Assembly: GCA_964187785.1 (NCBI GenBank)
Contig: OZ076411.1
Coordinates: 26,040,001-26,104,000, forward strand
Reading direction: 5' to 3'
DNA: 64,000 nt
Origin: Amphiscolops sp. MND2022
Lineage: Eukaryota
Shown piece after piece: positions 55,301 through 64,000 of this stretch (positions are counted from its first letter, which is position 1; the number at the start of each line of letters is the position of its first letter). Both the position numbers and the translations under genes were made by a program. Under the pieces are notes generated by a model. It searched no databases, had not been told where the DNA came from, and saw nothing but the letters and a program-made list of their open reading frames with translations.

Positions 55301-58300
55301 TTAGAAGTCATGATAATTGAATTTGTGATAAAACTTAGTTTTAAAATGTGCAATTTCAGCTCATTTTTTGCAAGATGGGTTGAAATCAAAATTATGCATC
55401 ATTCCATACAAATTGTGCTAAATGTCAGACGTGATTTTATGTGATTTAATTGGGTAGTGAAAACGAACTTGAAGTTGTCTCATGCTGATTCTGAGATCAG
55501 ATTCGTTGAACTCGTAAGGAATATTCCACCCGAGGGGCCCAAACTTCCTTCTCTCCTGGACCACGGCGTGGAAGAAACAGAGTCCAAACAGAATTTTGTG
55601 CCAGAACACTGGTTTGTTGCAACCATCGAAAAACTCCGGGTCCGAAATGGGGTCATTTTTGTATGACCTATACAAGTTGGCCCTCAAGCCTTTGGGTGGC
55701 TCATTTGTCATTTTCACACCTATAATGAAAAACAAATTGATCGATCATGATGTAATTTGGTTGGATGGGAAATTCGGCTGTAAAGGGTTACATTAGGATC
55801 TCAAAAGTTTTGAGAGGCGTCAATCAAAGAAGTAGTCTTCAAATAATAGAAACCTTTGTTGTCAATCGCGTCAGGTTTTGATACAAAACATTGGTATTCA
55901 TTGGAGAGTTTCAGTCAAATACACCTAACATTCATGTACTGAATCAATCCTCTTTGTTCTTATTTCAAATTTTTAAAAATTGTTCACCATTTTGGAGAAT
56001 AGACACAGGGAATTGGTCAGTAGGATAACTGGTGAGCCAGAGACGGAAGTCCACGTGGGTGTTTTCTGGAATAATGACCTCCTCTGTAATTTTCTCCAGA
56101 GTCGACATCCAAGATGTTGCCAGATGACAGTTTTGCAGAACCACCCATGTGCCGTCCTTCAGTGCTTTTTCCAGGTACTTCGTCGCTACAGGACCCTGGT
56201 AAATGAACAGAACTGAAAGTTTTTTAGTGCGCTTCCATTTTTCAACAAACAGCTTCTCTCAAAAAGTATGAATCAATAGAAATTAATAACCAATCAGCCT
56301 TCTACTGTTGTACTTGGTTATGATTATAATCATAAGATGCTCATTGAACTGCACAATTAGAAGTCATGATAATTGAATTTGTGATAAAACTTAGTTTTAA
56401 AATGTGCAATTTCAGCTCATTTTTTGCAAGATGGGTTGAAATCAAAATTATGCATCAATTATGAGTACCTGTCCTTGTCCCAGAGACACCGTCTGGACGG
56501 CTTCTCCTTTGAGTCCTTTGTCTGTGGCGAACTTGAGCAGGGAGTTCATGGGGTCAGCTCCGGGCGACAACACGAAGATTAGAGGTGAGCAGCAGTTGGA
56601 ATCAAGGAAAGTTCCAGCCAGGTCGAAAGTCGGAGGCTCTATGAATTGGCGTCCTTGGTATTCCACAATAAACTCCTGATACAATACACCAGGTTAACAA
56701 TGTATCAACATCTGCCCTCCCCCAGGGTTTTACTGCGTGAGTTTTTCATTGCATAAGAACCTCTTATGCATAGGAACTTCTTATGTACCCAATTGGGTCT
56801 ATCATTGTACCCAATTGAGTCTATCATTTTTAAAGCTATGGCAATCAAAGAATATATTTGGAAAAAGTACGCGAGGATTCCACATTTTCGATGAGGAAAA
56901 AATGAATGACGTCTCATCTAACCTGTACAGCCGGTACAATCTTATCTGGCCTAAGACACCTGAGAACAACCATGCGGTCGAGTCCTCTTAGAGTGTTCCA
57001 CTTTCCAGGGTATGGGCTCTCGTGGGGAGTCACACTGTCGTACACTTCCTTCCAGCTCTTCGAATTCTCCTTCACGTCTACAATGAAATCCGCAACATGT
57101 CTCATTAAACCTTTAAATTTTTTCAAACTGTCTGTACATGCAGAAAGTTCATTGGATAGAAAAGCATTCAGTAATTTTTTTCTCCATTTTGCGTAAAACA
57201 GTGAAAACCCCAAATGTCCATGTCTCACAGCTCTCTAAGGCAAAAATAACATGTCCAACTTTTAATTCACCTTCAATTTTTGCAACTAAAGTTATGTGTT
57301 TGTAAACCCCACTTAAGTATCATCAAATTCATGGAATCAAAAATATGCGTTACATGTTTTCGTCTGATTTGTTCATTGATGTAACGTTTTAAAGATTATT
57401 AAGGATATTTTAAAAATGAAAACAAACCTTCCATGAGGCCGACAAGATTAGGCAAAACAGATGCCCTCACAATTTCACCCCAAGCCTTTTCTGAGAGCCA
57501 CTCTGAAGCCGGATTCGGATGCGGGTTCTCTAGAGCAACTCCTCCAGTGAGCAGGAAGCGCCACACATCGTCGTCCACTTTGTCTCTACAGATGCAATTC
57601 AAGCATTCATTCAGGTTATCCATACAAAAATAAAGAAACTAGGGTCAATTGCTAGTAACATAGCCCGTGGTACCAAATTTACGTCGTTCCAAAAGAACTA
57701 GACTGAATTTAGGAAATAACAAGGAGCACAGTGGCACTGCGATATTTCTCGAAATTCTGCTGAATGCTTTTCAAAAAATTCAGACGCCTTCTGGCCACAA
57801 TTGTTTGACGAAATGAGTCGGAAATTTACACACTAAAATGTCTTCACTGATCTGAAAACTAGTTCATGCACGTACGCAAATAGAGTTCAAAAATGGAAAT
57901 TCAAAAAATGTATGTTTTGCCTTATTCTTGGCAAGATGCAATATAGTTCTAGAATACCATTAATAATTCGGAAAAACCACATTGGCAAAAAAGCCTTTCC
58001 GTGCTAAAACGAAGATTTTTTGCGTATCAAGAAAACGAAAAACATATTTTTTAAATATTTTCAGTCAACACAAATTGAGAACACTTTAATGGTCAAACTG
58101 CTTTAAAAATTATGCTCTGGAAAGGAATCGCTACTTTTTTGCCATCAGCCTCGAATTTACCTTAAAAAGAGACCCCTTAGAACATTAAGGCTTAGTTTTT
58201 CACTCAATAGCTTGAGTTTTTTTAGCATACCCAGAAATATTCTTAGCTTTCCTGTCACTAACCCTCCTTTCAGGATCCCGATGGTGAGAATCAAAGAAAA

Positions 58301-61300
58301 GAGGAGTTTATCCTTCTCGAACAAGGATCGACACACGTTTCTGTAAATGCTTTCAGTGAAATGTTCATTCAAGTTCAAGATACGCTCTTCCAGAACGTCC
58401 GATTTGGCAGAATTTTGAATAGACTGAAACAAACATTCTATTAGAGTAACAGTTTTTCCTCTTTGATTTGAACTCACTTGGCTTTTGTCCATTGACACAG
58501 GTAAAAAGATTCTTTTATAGAACATTTTCGTACTAACAAAAAGAGTTTTTCTAAGGTTGAAAATTTAAAAGGGAAATTGAAAAATTGACCGTGTCAATGC
58601 CAGCGTAAAACTTCTGGGTTAAGGTAACTGTATCTACTCTGTTTTTTAGTCAGGCCTGTGTTCGAATATGCTATACAAAGTTTGATTTCTACATAAAAAC
58701 CTTTGCACGCAGATGTTTTTTGGAATAACAGTTTTCAATAGAGATTTGTCAGTTTTTTTGTGGAACAGTTCATGTGGTCACTTTTCTGAACAGGCACGTG
58801 GTATAAATATACCCAGATCACCCTCGCAGCAATAGTGAGATCGTATCAAGATTGAAGTTGCAATGATTTTAGTATCAACCGATGTCCGCCGTACGTATAC
58901 GAACGCAATTAAACGTTTCATGACATGGACGTGCTAGGGCATCATACCAATCGTGGTACGAATCGTGACAAAATCGTGCCTATGGCTTTGGAGTGATTGT
59001 AGCATAATTGTATTGTGACTTCCATAAATGGTCAAGCCGGGTATACATAAAATACTGGAGACTATGGTAAATATTGATGAAGACTTACTCCGAGGTAGAG
59101 ATTGATGAACCAAACCAGAGAATATTGGTACATAGGTTCAATGTTGGCCATATCTGAGATGCAGAAAAACAGAATAGATGCATGTTTCGCCACAGGAGTG
59201 TATCTGAAATCAAAAGCAATGAGAATGTTCTGAAAATAATTTTTAAAAAATTAGAGAACGTTTCATTCGAAAGTTGTTTACCCGCTGCGAGTTTCGTCAA
59301 TTTCGATCTGAGTTTTCTCCGCGACTTCTTGCTTGGCTGAAATCTCACCTGACAAGACTTGAGAACTGGACAAGATTTTAATGGCACTCTCGTCCTCAAG
59401 AATGTTACCCTGAAACATACAGATAACGTGTCCGTTTTGAATAATAACAAGAGGCACAGTGGAAATGCGATATTTCTGTGTATAAACTGATGAAAAACAT
59501 TACGAAAAATCAGACATTTTCCAGCTTCAATTATTTGATAAAGGAAAAGTCTCTGAATGTTTTGAACTATAAATATCTCTACAGATCCGAAAACTAAGTC
59601 AATCAACTACGCATCCAAAGTTCCAAAATGACAGTTGAAAGGAACGTATTTCCCTGACTTTCAACTTGACCAGGGATCCAACATAATTCGAAAAATCCTT
59701 TACCATTCAAATTTAGCGCATTTTCTGCCCTTATATGTGCTTTATCAAAAAACGGTATAAATCGGAAAAAACCAACTGAAAAGATTTTAATGTTTAAACC
59801 CACTTTCTTCCTGGACACAAGAGTTGAACAAACAGAAGTTATATGCGAAATCGATTGTTTTATAGTTCAATTGGAAAAGGTACAGAACTTCTACACTGGT
59901 AAGAAGCAAACCTCGGCCCGGTGGGGCTATATATGATGAAGAAAAATCCAAAAATGTGCAATGCTGAAGATAATTTTTAAGCCTAAAAACTGAAGACTTC
60001 ACAGAATCAAATAATAGACCTTTTTGTTAAAACATGCAGAGCGCCAAAAAGGAACCCCTTGGGGTTGAAGAACGAGTTTTTTTAACTGCAAACGTCGAAA
60101 AATCCTTGATGAAGACACTATGATGAAGTAAGTTCGAAAGCAATCAAACAGGGTCGAAACTGTCCAAAGGCGGGCTCTTGGTGTCTTCTATTTTGCGAAC
60201 TCTAAACAAATTTATCTAGCGCGGAATTGGAACCCATGTAAACCTGCTGTCCAGCCTCAGGCACCACGCACACACACCCGTGCTAACCACTAAGCCAAGT
60301 GGAATGTGCCAACCAATGTTACCAGGAAACAAGCCGGAAATGGTCCAAGTCGGCGCCACACCTAAGACTCAACAAATTATGTGAAAGTTTCGGAAAAAAA
60401 AATCGATAATGTTATACGAAAATTGAAAACGTTACATCCCAACTTTGAAAACGTCATATCTGAACACTAAGAACGTTATATCCGAACATTGAAAACGCTA
60501 TATCCGAACTTTGAAACGTTATATTCGAAAATCCGGGTTGACTTCTTGGCTAAAAAGTTGAACAAATGAACAAAAAAGTGGACCATTCAGAGTGAACTGA
60601 AAACAACTACCCACTGTAATAGTCGGGCTTTTTTCCTCAAGGGAAAAGGCTCCGATAAAAACATTTTTATTACACATTACTGAAATATGATACCGAGCTG
60701 TATCAATTTGGCACAGAAAACTCATCTCCTTAATCCCACCCAGCCAGCCATTTAATTGAGAATTGGGAGAAGGATAAAATTGAGCAATATAGTTGGCGCT
60801 TTTGGTGTAAACTAAAATCGCTTCAACAGAGTAACGTTTTTCACAATTTTGTCAGAACTAATAGACAAAGTTTCAGAGTGACTAGTTTTTAGTCGGCGCC
60901 TTTTCCCTTAAGGAAAAAAGCCCGACTACTACAATGGGTAGTTTTTTTTAGTCAGTGCCTTTTCCCGTAAGGAAAAAAGCCCGACTATTACAGTGGGTAG
61001 TTTTTTTTCTTATTCAGCTGACAATCTCACTCTGAATGGTCCACTTTTTTACAATCTTTTGTTCATTTATTCAACTAATTCTCTAAGAAACTGGAGATCG
61101 TGAGTTCGATTCTCCCACTAAACCACAAATTTGTTTATGCTTCCAAAAGTAGAGGCGAGGCCAAAGGGTCCCCCCTTTGGGTTTTTTTCGGCACTATGCG
61201 ACTTTTTTTCGAAAATTTTTTGCATTTCTTTGAAGTTTAAGGTTTGTAAAAAACATTGATCCCGAATGGCCTCCTTTTAGTTTTTTGGCATTGTGCGACT

Positions 61301-63990
61301 TTTTTTAGACAATACTTTTTTTGAAAAAAAAATATATTTTTTTTTCCAAAAACACTTTTTAAAAAATATATTTTTTCCAAATGTTTCCGATAGTTGTTCC
61401 TTGAATATTTTTGAGCCTTAGATATGAGGCTGTTTTGTCATTTTTTGAAAATCGGCTGTTTTGTCCCGCTTAAAACCGGCTGTTTTGTCCCGCTTAAAAC
61501 CGGCTGTCTTGTCCCGCTCCCATCTCAGCTGCTTTCAAAATTAGAGCGGCGTCCTAATGAAACCTCTAAAACTTTGCGGCGCAGAATTGCGCCAAATTTA
61601 GCATGCATTTTATAGGAAGCTTGATAAAATTAAATCGAATCAGTGAAGTTTTAATGCATGGACGTTTCTTTGAGAACTTCTATAAAATCATGGAAAATTT
61701 GTTTGGTAACCTACAAAAACTTGTAAAAAGTTCAAGCAGTTCAAACCAGGGTAGGGGTATATGAACATAGCTGACTACGTTATAATAATAATTCCGACAA
61801 AATGAGACACGCGTTTTCAGCCTAGTGATTTCTGTTGTTTGAAAATTAGATGTGTATTACATTATGTCTGTATGACGTTCCCCGTCTTGACCTCCAAAAT
61901 AACGGTCTTGAGTTTTGAAATATTCTGAAAAATGAACGTATTAAGTGGTGTGAACAGTATGTTTACTCACAGATGACGTTGTGAGAACTTCTAGAATCTT
62001 ATCTTCGATCTCTTTTAGTTGTCGCTTATTGGCAGCCGACTCCAGGATGAGTTCGTTCTTCTTTTCTTCCAGTTCGGGCTTCTCTTTCGCAGCCACGATA
62101 CTGAGAAGCTGATCTTGCAGACCAAGCGGCGTGATCATGAAGTTTAGCAGTGTCACCTAAAAGTTGTCAAATTCTGAAAATCGTCTTTAAAACTGGTCAA
62201 ACTGTGAAAATAGAATGTATTCAACAGTTCACTGCAATAAAACTTCGCGCATTTTTTTTCAAAAAGGTGACAAATGTACAAAAACGGTCTTAATCAAAAC
62301 TTAGTTCACGTTTTTCCCGTTGAAGAAAGTGTTACTATCAAAGGTTGATATTATTATTATTATTGATGGATGTAAATACAGTCCAAGAAGTGTTCAAATG
62401 AACTCTTTTTTGAACAAAATATTTTTCTCACACAATATATAACAATATATTCAATATATTTATTGTTAGCCTGAATCAAAGTGAATATGTTGATTTTCCA
62501 AAACAATCTTTTAAATGTGTTTTCTTCTTCCCTGCTCCCCAAGACTGATTGATTATGTTGATGATGATCAATTAAAAGACCGATACCTTCACGGCGACTT
62601 CAGGCAGGTAGTGAGGGTTTCGCAACCGAGTAGTCATGTAGAAACGGAAGTCGTGTGAGTACTCAATCACATTCTCTCCCAGTCGCAGGTACTCCACTCC
62701 CTGCTGTTTGTAAGTCTGGCGAAGCAACACTGGCTCAAGAATCGCATCCAGTTCTTCTCCAATGCTCTCCAGCAACACTAGAAGTCATTGATTTTTTAAT
62801 TTCATTTCCAAGCTTGTGCTACTAGCTTTAACCTTTTTTAAAACGTTTTATTGACGTTACTCCAAATAATACATTGTCACTTCGACTATTTCTTTTATTG
62901 AGTTTATGTTGAAACGTGATGAAATCTCTCTCTATGCATGCGATATGATGGAATTGATTTTCAAACATGAAATTACTTTGCATCGACTGAGATCTAAAAG
63001 ACTCGTTACCTGGAGTTCCAAATTGGATAGAATTTTCCAAGGTTCTGACGTAATTCGCATCCGTGAGTTTGATAACTTGAAGTTTGTTTTTCTTCTCCAT
63101 GTTTTTCACCCACTTGTTGGCTTGAGCTAAAACATTTACCCATCTTGTACCACTGAAATATTAGCATTTTCTTCTTTTGATGGTGTGATCTGATGATGAC
63201 AACGATTTGAAATATTTTCAACATCTTTGAAGGTTTTTATATTCTTCAGCTTGAAGCGAAGAAGGTTCCTTTTTTAGTGAAAGGAGGAAAACACAAGCAA
63301 GTGATTACTTTGAGGGTCAATCATGAGTGGCCACCGCTGGCTGTTGTCAACTATAATTCCGTTATCCACGGAGAAGCTGTCCACTGGCAATCCAGCGATA
63401 TTCCAGTCTCGGATCTTGACTGGTTCGCCCAAAGTGTTCACCATGGAAAAGACTTTGGAGCAAGGAATCTCCTTTTCACGACACAAATCCATCCATTCGT
63501 GAGTTGCTTCCTGTAATACAGTGATAGTTGAGTAGCTAAAAGTTATGAAAAGTGAGGTGAAAACTGGTGATTCAAGCTTGTTTGCGGTGTCTTTCATGTA
63601 GTTCGGACCATGTTTTTACTCCTCCCTCTGGGGAAAACATGTACACCTTGTTTATTCCCCCAAGACGAAATTTCCTTGAAAAATTCTTGCACGAATGAAA
63701 GAATTTGAAATGATTACAAATACTTAAAAGGTTATCTCTAAAATATAACTAGAAACATAAGGGGGATAAGAAACATGGTCCTGCAGTTCTAACAAAGACA
63801 AATGACTAAACTTCTGAGAACCAGAATATTTTAGTTAATCAAATCAACTATCAATGACGTTCGAGAAAAAATTAAGTCTATTATGAAACGTGATAAAAGG
63901 GATCTTACATTTCTGAAGTCAACTGTGAAGGCACCAAGATAAGCCACAATGGCGGATGACACTAAGACGTCCCCTGTGATAGTGATATAC
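43225..63990 (-). CDS. DNAH3: Axonemal inner-arm dynein heavy chain, DNAH3-like (3' part: stalk end, AAA5, AAA6, C-terminal domain); 5' part lies beyond the window
   Basis: Exons joined with GT-AG and consistent phases: 63990-63909, 63510-63309, 63126-63010, 62777-62587, 62156-61971, 59409-59282, 59203-59089, 58423-58263, 57585-57428, 57077-56923, 56675-56469, [56195-55988, 55719-55469 duplicate], 55139-54932, 54663-54413, 54060-53743, 53456-53328, 49198-48933, 48548-48332, 47290-47098, 43328-43225. The stretch [62 protein letters not shown] best fits DNAH3 as I recall it; DNAH7/12 not excluded. Confidence 0.9.
43459..43543. repeat. AT-rich palindromic microsatellite (aacttaagtt / taagttattt units)
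   Basis: Tandem degenerate copies visible directly. Confidence 0.8.
43924..46188 (-). CDS. Divergent TRPC-like (ankyrin + 6TM) cation channel, 754 aa, single ORF, nested in the last dynein intron
   Basis: Ankyrin repeats ([26 protein letters not shown]); TRPC-like RL..YRA..SP, DPL..AF, KRFVAH..CQQ and P.LKF; six hydrophobic segments; pore helix [11 protein letters not shown]; [16 protein letters not shown] signals downstream at 43821 and 43719. Confidence 0.9.
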   Translation of the reverse strand: MDGTEENVESEKLANARLEFFKCVELGDVTVVQEHIGQANNLESVINSEDDFGYTPLAIAIKMQNEELMKLLMSNGADPGDGMLIAVDVAFKNGIKYLYSHDRQLVNLAVLSKHFQFGTTPIMVACHNNNYELIEYLKSLGAVPIDEESSNIGQDGLQRSLYRLAVYRAICSPSYIMITHKDPLYQAFKMRTETARLSIIDEELSEEYNKLTASCEKFSEEYLSCCATDKELQCLLSMNNPNVDGEVNPPGGPVTRIMYAINTQQKRFVAHRFCQQAIDEAFTGSVPWRGQNIFVKIDICILGVLLLPFYWVLNVFIPPGVSFLQWFEVPLLKFASAFVGFLMLALVTTLNSVNFTSWVPEDEKDPTTYKDGAISSGLSWICNIYIFFWLLGRAVEFIMQIVKLGLTSCFSDTWNRYDLYTMTLFLFSSIFYFAGGASDDKYASLNDAMVQFYEITFSLGTLLALNRSIYWLGISESLGKLNILLGFAIGVIAKFFMIFFIFQFSFAVALNSLMWKENVMFGTRCAVETPDGTGPDLAFDDCYYEIWESNAKQFTDVWGSLWVTFWALSGSVNYQLINQLYAGQYTVSITVALILWIAYCILGVLIFLNILIGLMFKSMETLEDQVEIDYKCDKARMLIPFIAGGINPVPPPFNIFPRVAHLVMLKDFIQKKRASKNKKGQPEVVSSNISRSDVLEMLDSVKACWRRNMSSAGNNDNATSDQVKEIETWARKKLGDLDATIDSCEKYIDSAYKR
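47098..47290 (-). CDS. DNAH3: Dynein penultimate exon
   Basis: gtag|[26 protein letters not shown]|gtgagc. Confidence 0.93.
48332..48548 (-). CDS. DNAH3: Dynein exon
   Basis: ttcag|..[29 protein letters not shown]|gttagt. Confidence 0.92.
48933..49198 (-). CDS. DNAH3: Dynein exon
   Basis: cccag|[41 protein letters not shown]|gtacgt. Confidence 0.92.
50310..50448. repeat. Intronic minisatellite of gggaataagatct units with a terminal inverted copy
   Basis: About five direct copies followed by agatcttattcc. Confidence 0.75.
53328..53456 (-). CDS. DNAH3: Dynein exon
   Basis: tttag|[21 protein letters not shown]|gtaagc. Confidence 0.92.
53743..54060 (-). CDS. DNAH3: Dynein exon (AAA6)
   Basis: tgcag|[48 protein letters not shown]|gttgct. 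Confidence 0.92.
54413..54663 (-). CDS. DNAH3: Dynein exon (AAA6), copy 2 in transcript order
   Basis: tatag|..[40 protein letters not shown]|gttcgt. Confidence 0.9.
54932..55139 (-). CDS. DNAH3: Dynein exon (AAA6), copy 2 in transcript order
   Basis: accag|[35 protein letters not shown]|gtgaac. Confidence 0.9.
55469..55719 (-). CDS. DNAH3: Dynein exon (AAA6), duplicate copy
   Basis: Same sequence and splice sites as 54413-54663. Confidence 0.75.
55988..56195 (-). CDS. DNAH3: Dynein exon (AAA6), duplicate copy
   Basis: Same sequence and splice sites as 54932-55139. Confidence 0.75.
56469..56675 (-). CDS. DNAH3: Dynein exon
   Basis: atcag|[37 protein letters not shown]|gtactc. Confidence 0.92.
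56923..57077 (-). CDS. DNAH3: Dynein exon
   Basis: ttgtag|..[28 protein letters not shown]|gttaga. Confidence 0.85.
57428..57585 (-). CDS. DNAH3: Dynein exon
   Basis: tgtag|..[30 protein letters not shown]|gtttgt. Confidence 0.9.
58263..58423 (-). CDS. DNAH3: Dynein exon
   Basis: ttcag|[30 protein letters not shown]|gttagt. Confidence 0.9.
59089..59203 (-). CDS. DNAH3: Dynein exon
   Basis: ttcag|..[38 protein letters not shown]|gtaagt. Confidence 0.9.
59282..59409 (-). CDS. DNAH3: Dynein exon
   Basis: ttcag|[22 protein letters not shown]|gtaaac. Confidence 0.9.
60223..60302 (-). repeat. tRNA-derived SINE-like head in a dynein intron
   Basis: A box TGGCTTAGTGG (60297-60287) and degenerate B box GGTTCCAATTCC (60234-60223); no cloverleaf. 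Confidence 0.55.
60543..61089. mobile_element. Foldback/MITE-like element with long imperfect terminal inverted repeats
   Basis: Left arm ..gttgaacaaatgaacaaaaaagtggaccattcagagtga..ctacccactgtaatagtcgggc mirrors right arm gcccgactattacagtgggtag..tcactctgaatggtccacttt..ttgttcatttattcaac. Related arms lie at ~37660 and ~37925. Confidence 0.7.
61428..61518. repeat. ~24-bp tandem repeat (ggctgttttgtcccgcttaaaacc)
   Basis: Three to four adjacent copies. Confidence 0.85.
61971..62156 (-). CDS. DNAH3: Dynein exon
   Basis: tttag|[33 protein letters not shown]|gtgagt. Confidence 0.93.
62587..62777 (-). CDS. DNAH3: Dynein exon (AAA5)
   Basis: tctag|..[21 protein letters not shown]|gtatcg. Confidence 0.93.
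63010..63126 (-). CDS. DNAH3: Dynein exon (AAA5)
   Basis: tttag|..[20 protein letters not shown]|gtaacg. Confidence 0.92.
63309..63510 (-). CDS. DNAH3: Dynein exon (AAA5)
   Basis: tacag|[34 protein letters not shown]|gtaatc. Confidence 0.92.
63909..63990 (-). CDS. DNAH3: Dynein exon (end of stalk)
   Basis: tctag|..[27 protein letters not shown]|gtaaga. Confidence 0.9.
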
Positions 63991-64000
63991 CTAGAAGAGA

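Larger units (their letters stand above)
54346..56457. repeat. Tandem duplication of a 1056-bp unit carrying two dynein exons
   Basis: 54346-55401 and 55402-56457 show no differences by eye; the ORF track repeats with an exact 1056 offset. Confidence 0.95.

Noticed and set aside
57078-57112. Alternative acceptor at 57111-57112 extending the dynein exon ([11 protein letters not shown])
   Set aside because: It adds 11 residues not expected in the family alignment; the tttcattgtag acceptor at 57078 is stronger and gives GLMEDVKEN.
60405-60530. ~21-bp periodic repeats (also ~37170-37370) and the 29.5-kb array as CRISPR-like arrays
   Set aside because: Eukaryotic context, degenerate units without unique spacers and no cas genes; these are ordinary minisatellites.

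Overview
AT-rich, repeat-dense metazoan genomic DNA with spliceosomal introns. The left half (1-32 kb) is a cluster of LTR retrotransposons of different ages. (i) A young BEL/Pao element (1816-10818) has identical 426-bp LTRs, a TTGAT target-site duplication (TSD) and an unbroken 2131-aa gag-pol ORF. It also carries an extra upstream SGNH-hydrolase-like ORF, a tRNA-like Pol III cassette in each LTR and twin hairpins before gag. (ii) An old degenerate Ty1/Copia element (12493-18158; ACATT TSD). (iii) A minus-strand Ty3/Gypsy remnant and a decayed full-span Gypsy element (25551-31838) carrying a nested tandem-repeat insertion. The right half holds host genes: a single-ORF polypeptide GalNAc-transferase (33149-34912, +) and the 3' part of an axonemal inner-arm dynein heavy chain (DNAH3-like, - strand, 43225 to beyond the window end). 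I could join its exons with canonical GT-AG sites and consistent phases. The dynein's last intron contains a complete single-ORF, divergent TRPC-like channel on the same strand, and two dynein exons are duplicated in an apparently identical 1056-bp tandem unit. All homology calls come from motif recognition by eye; no searches were run.
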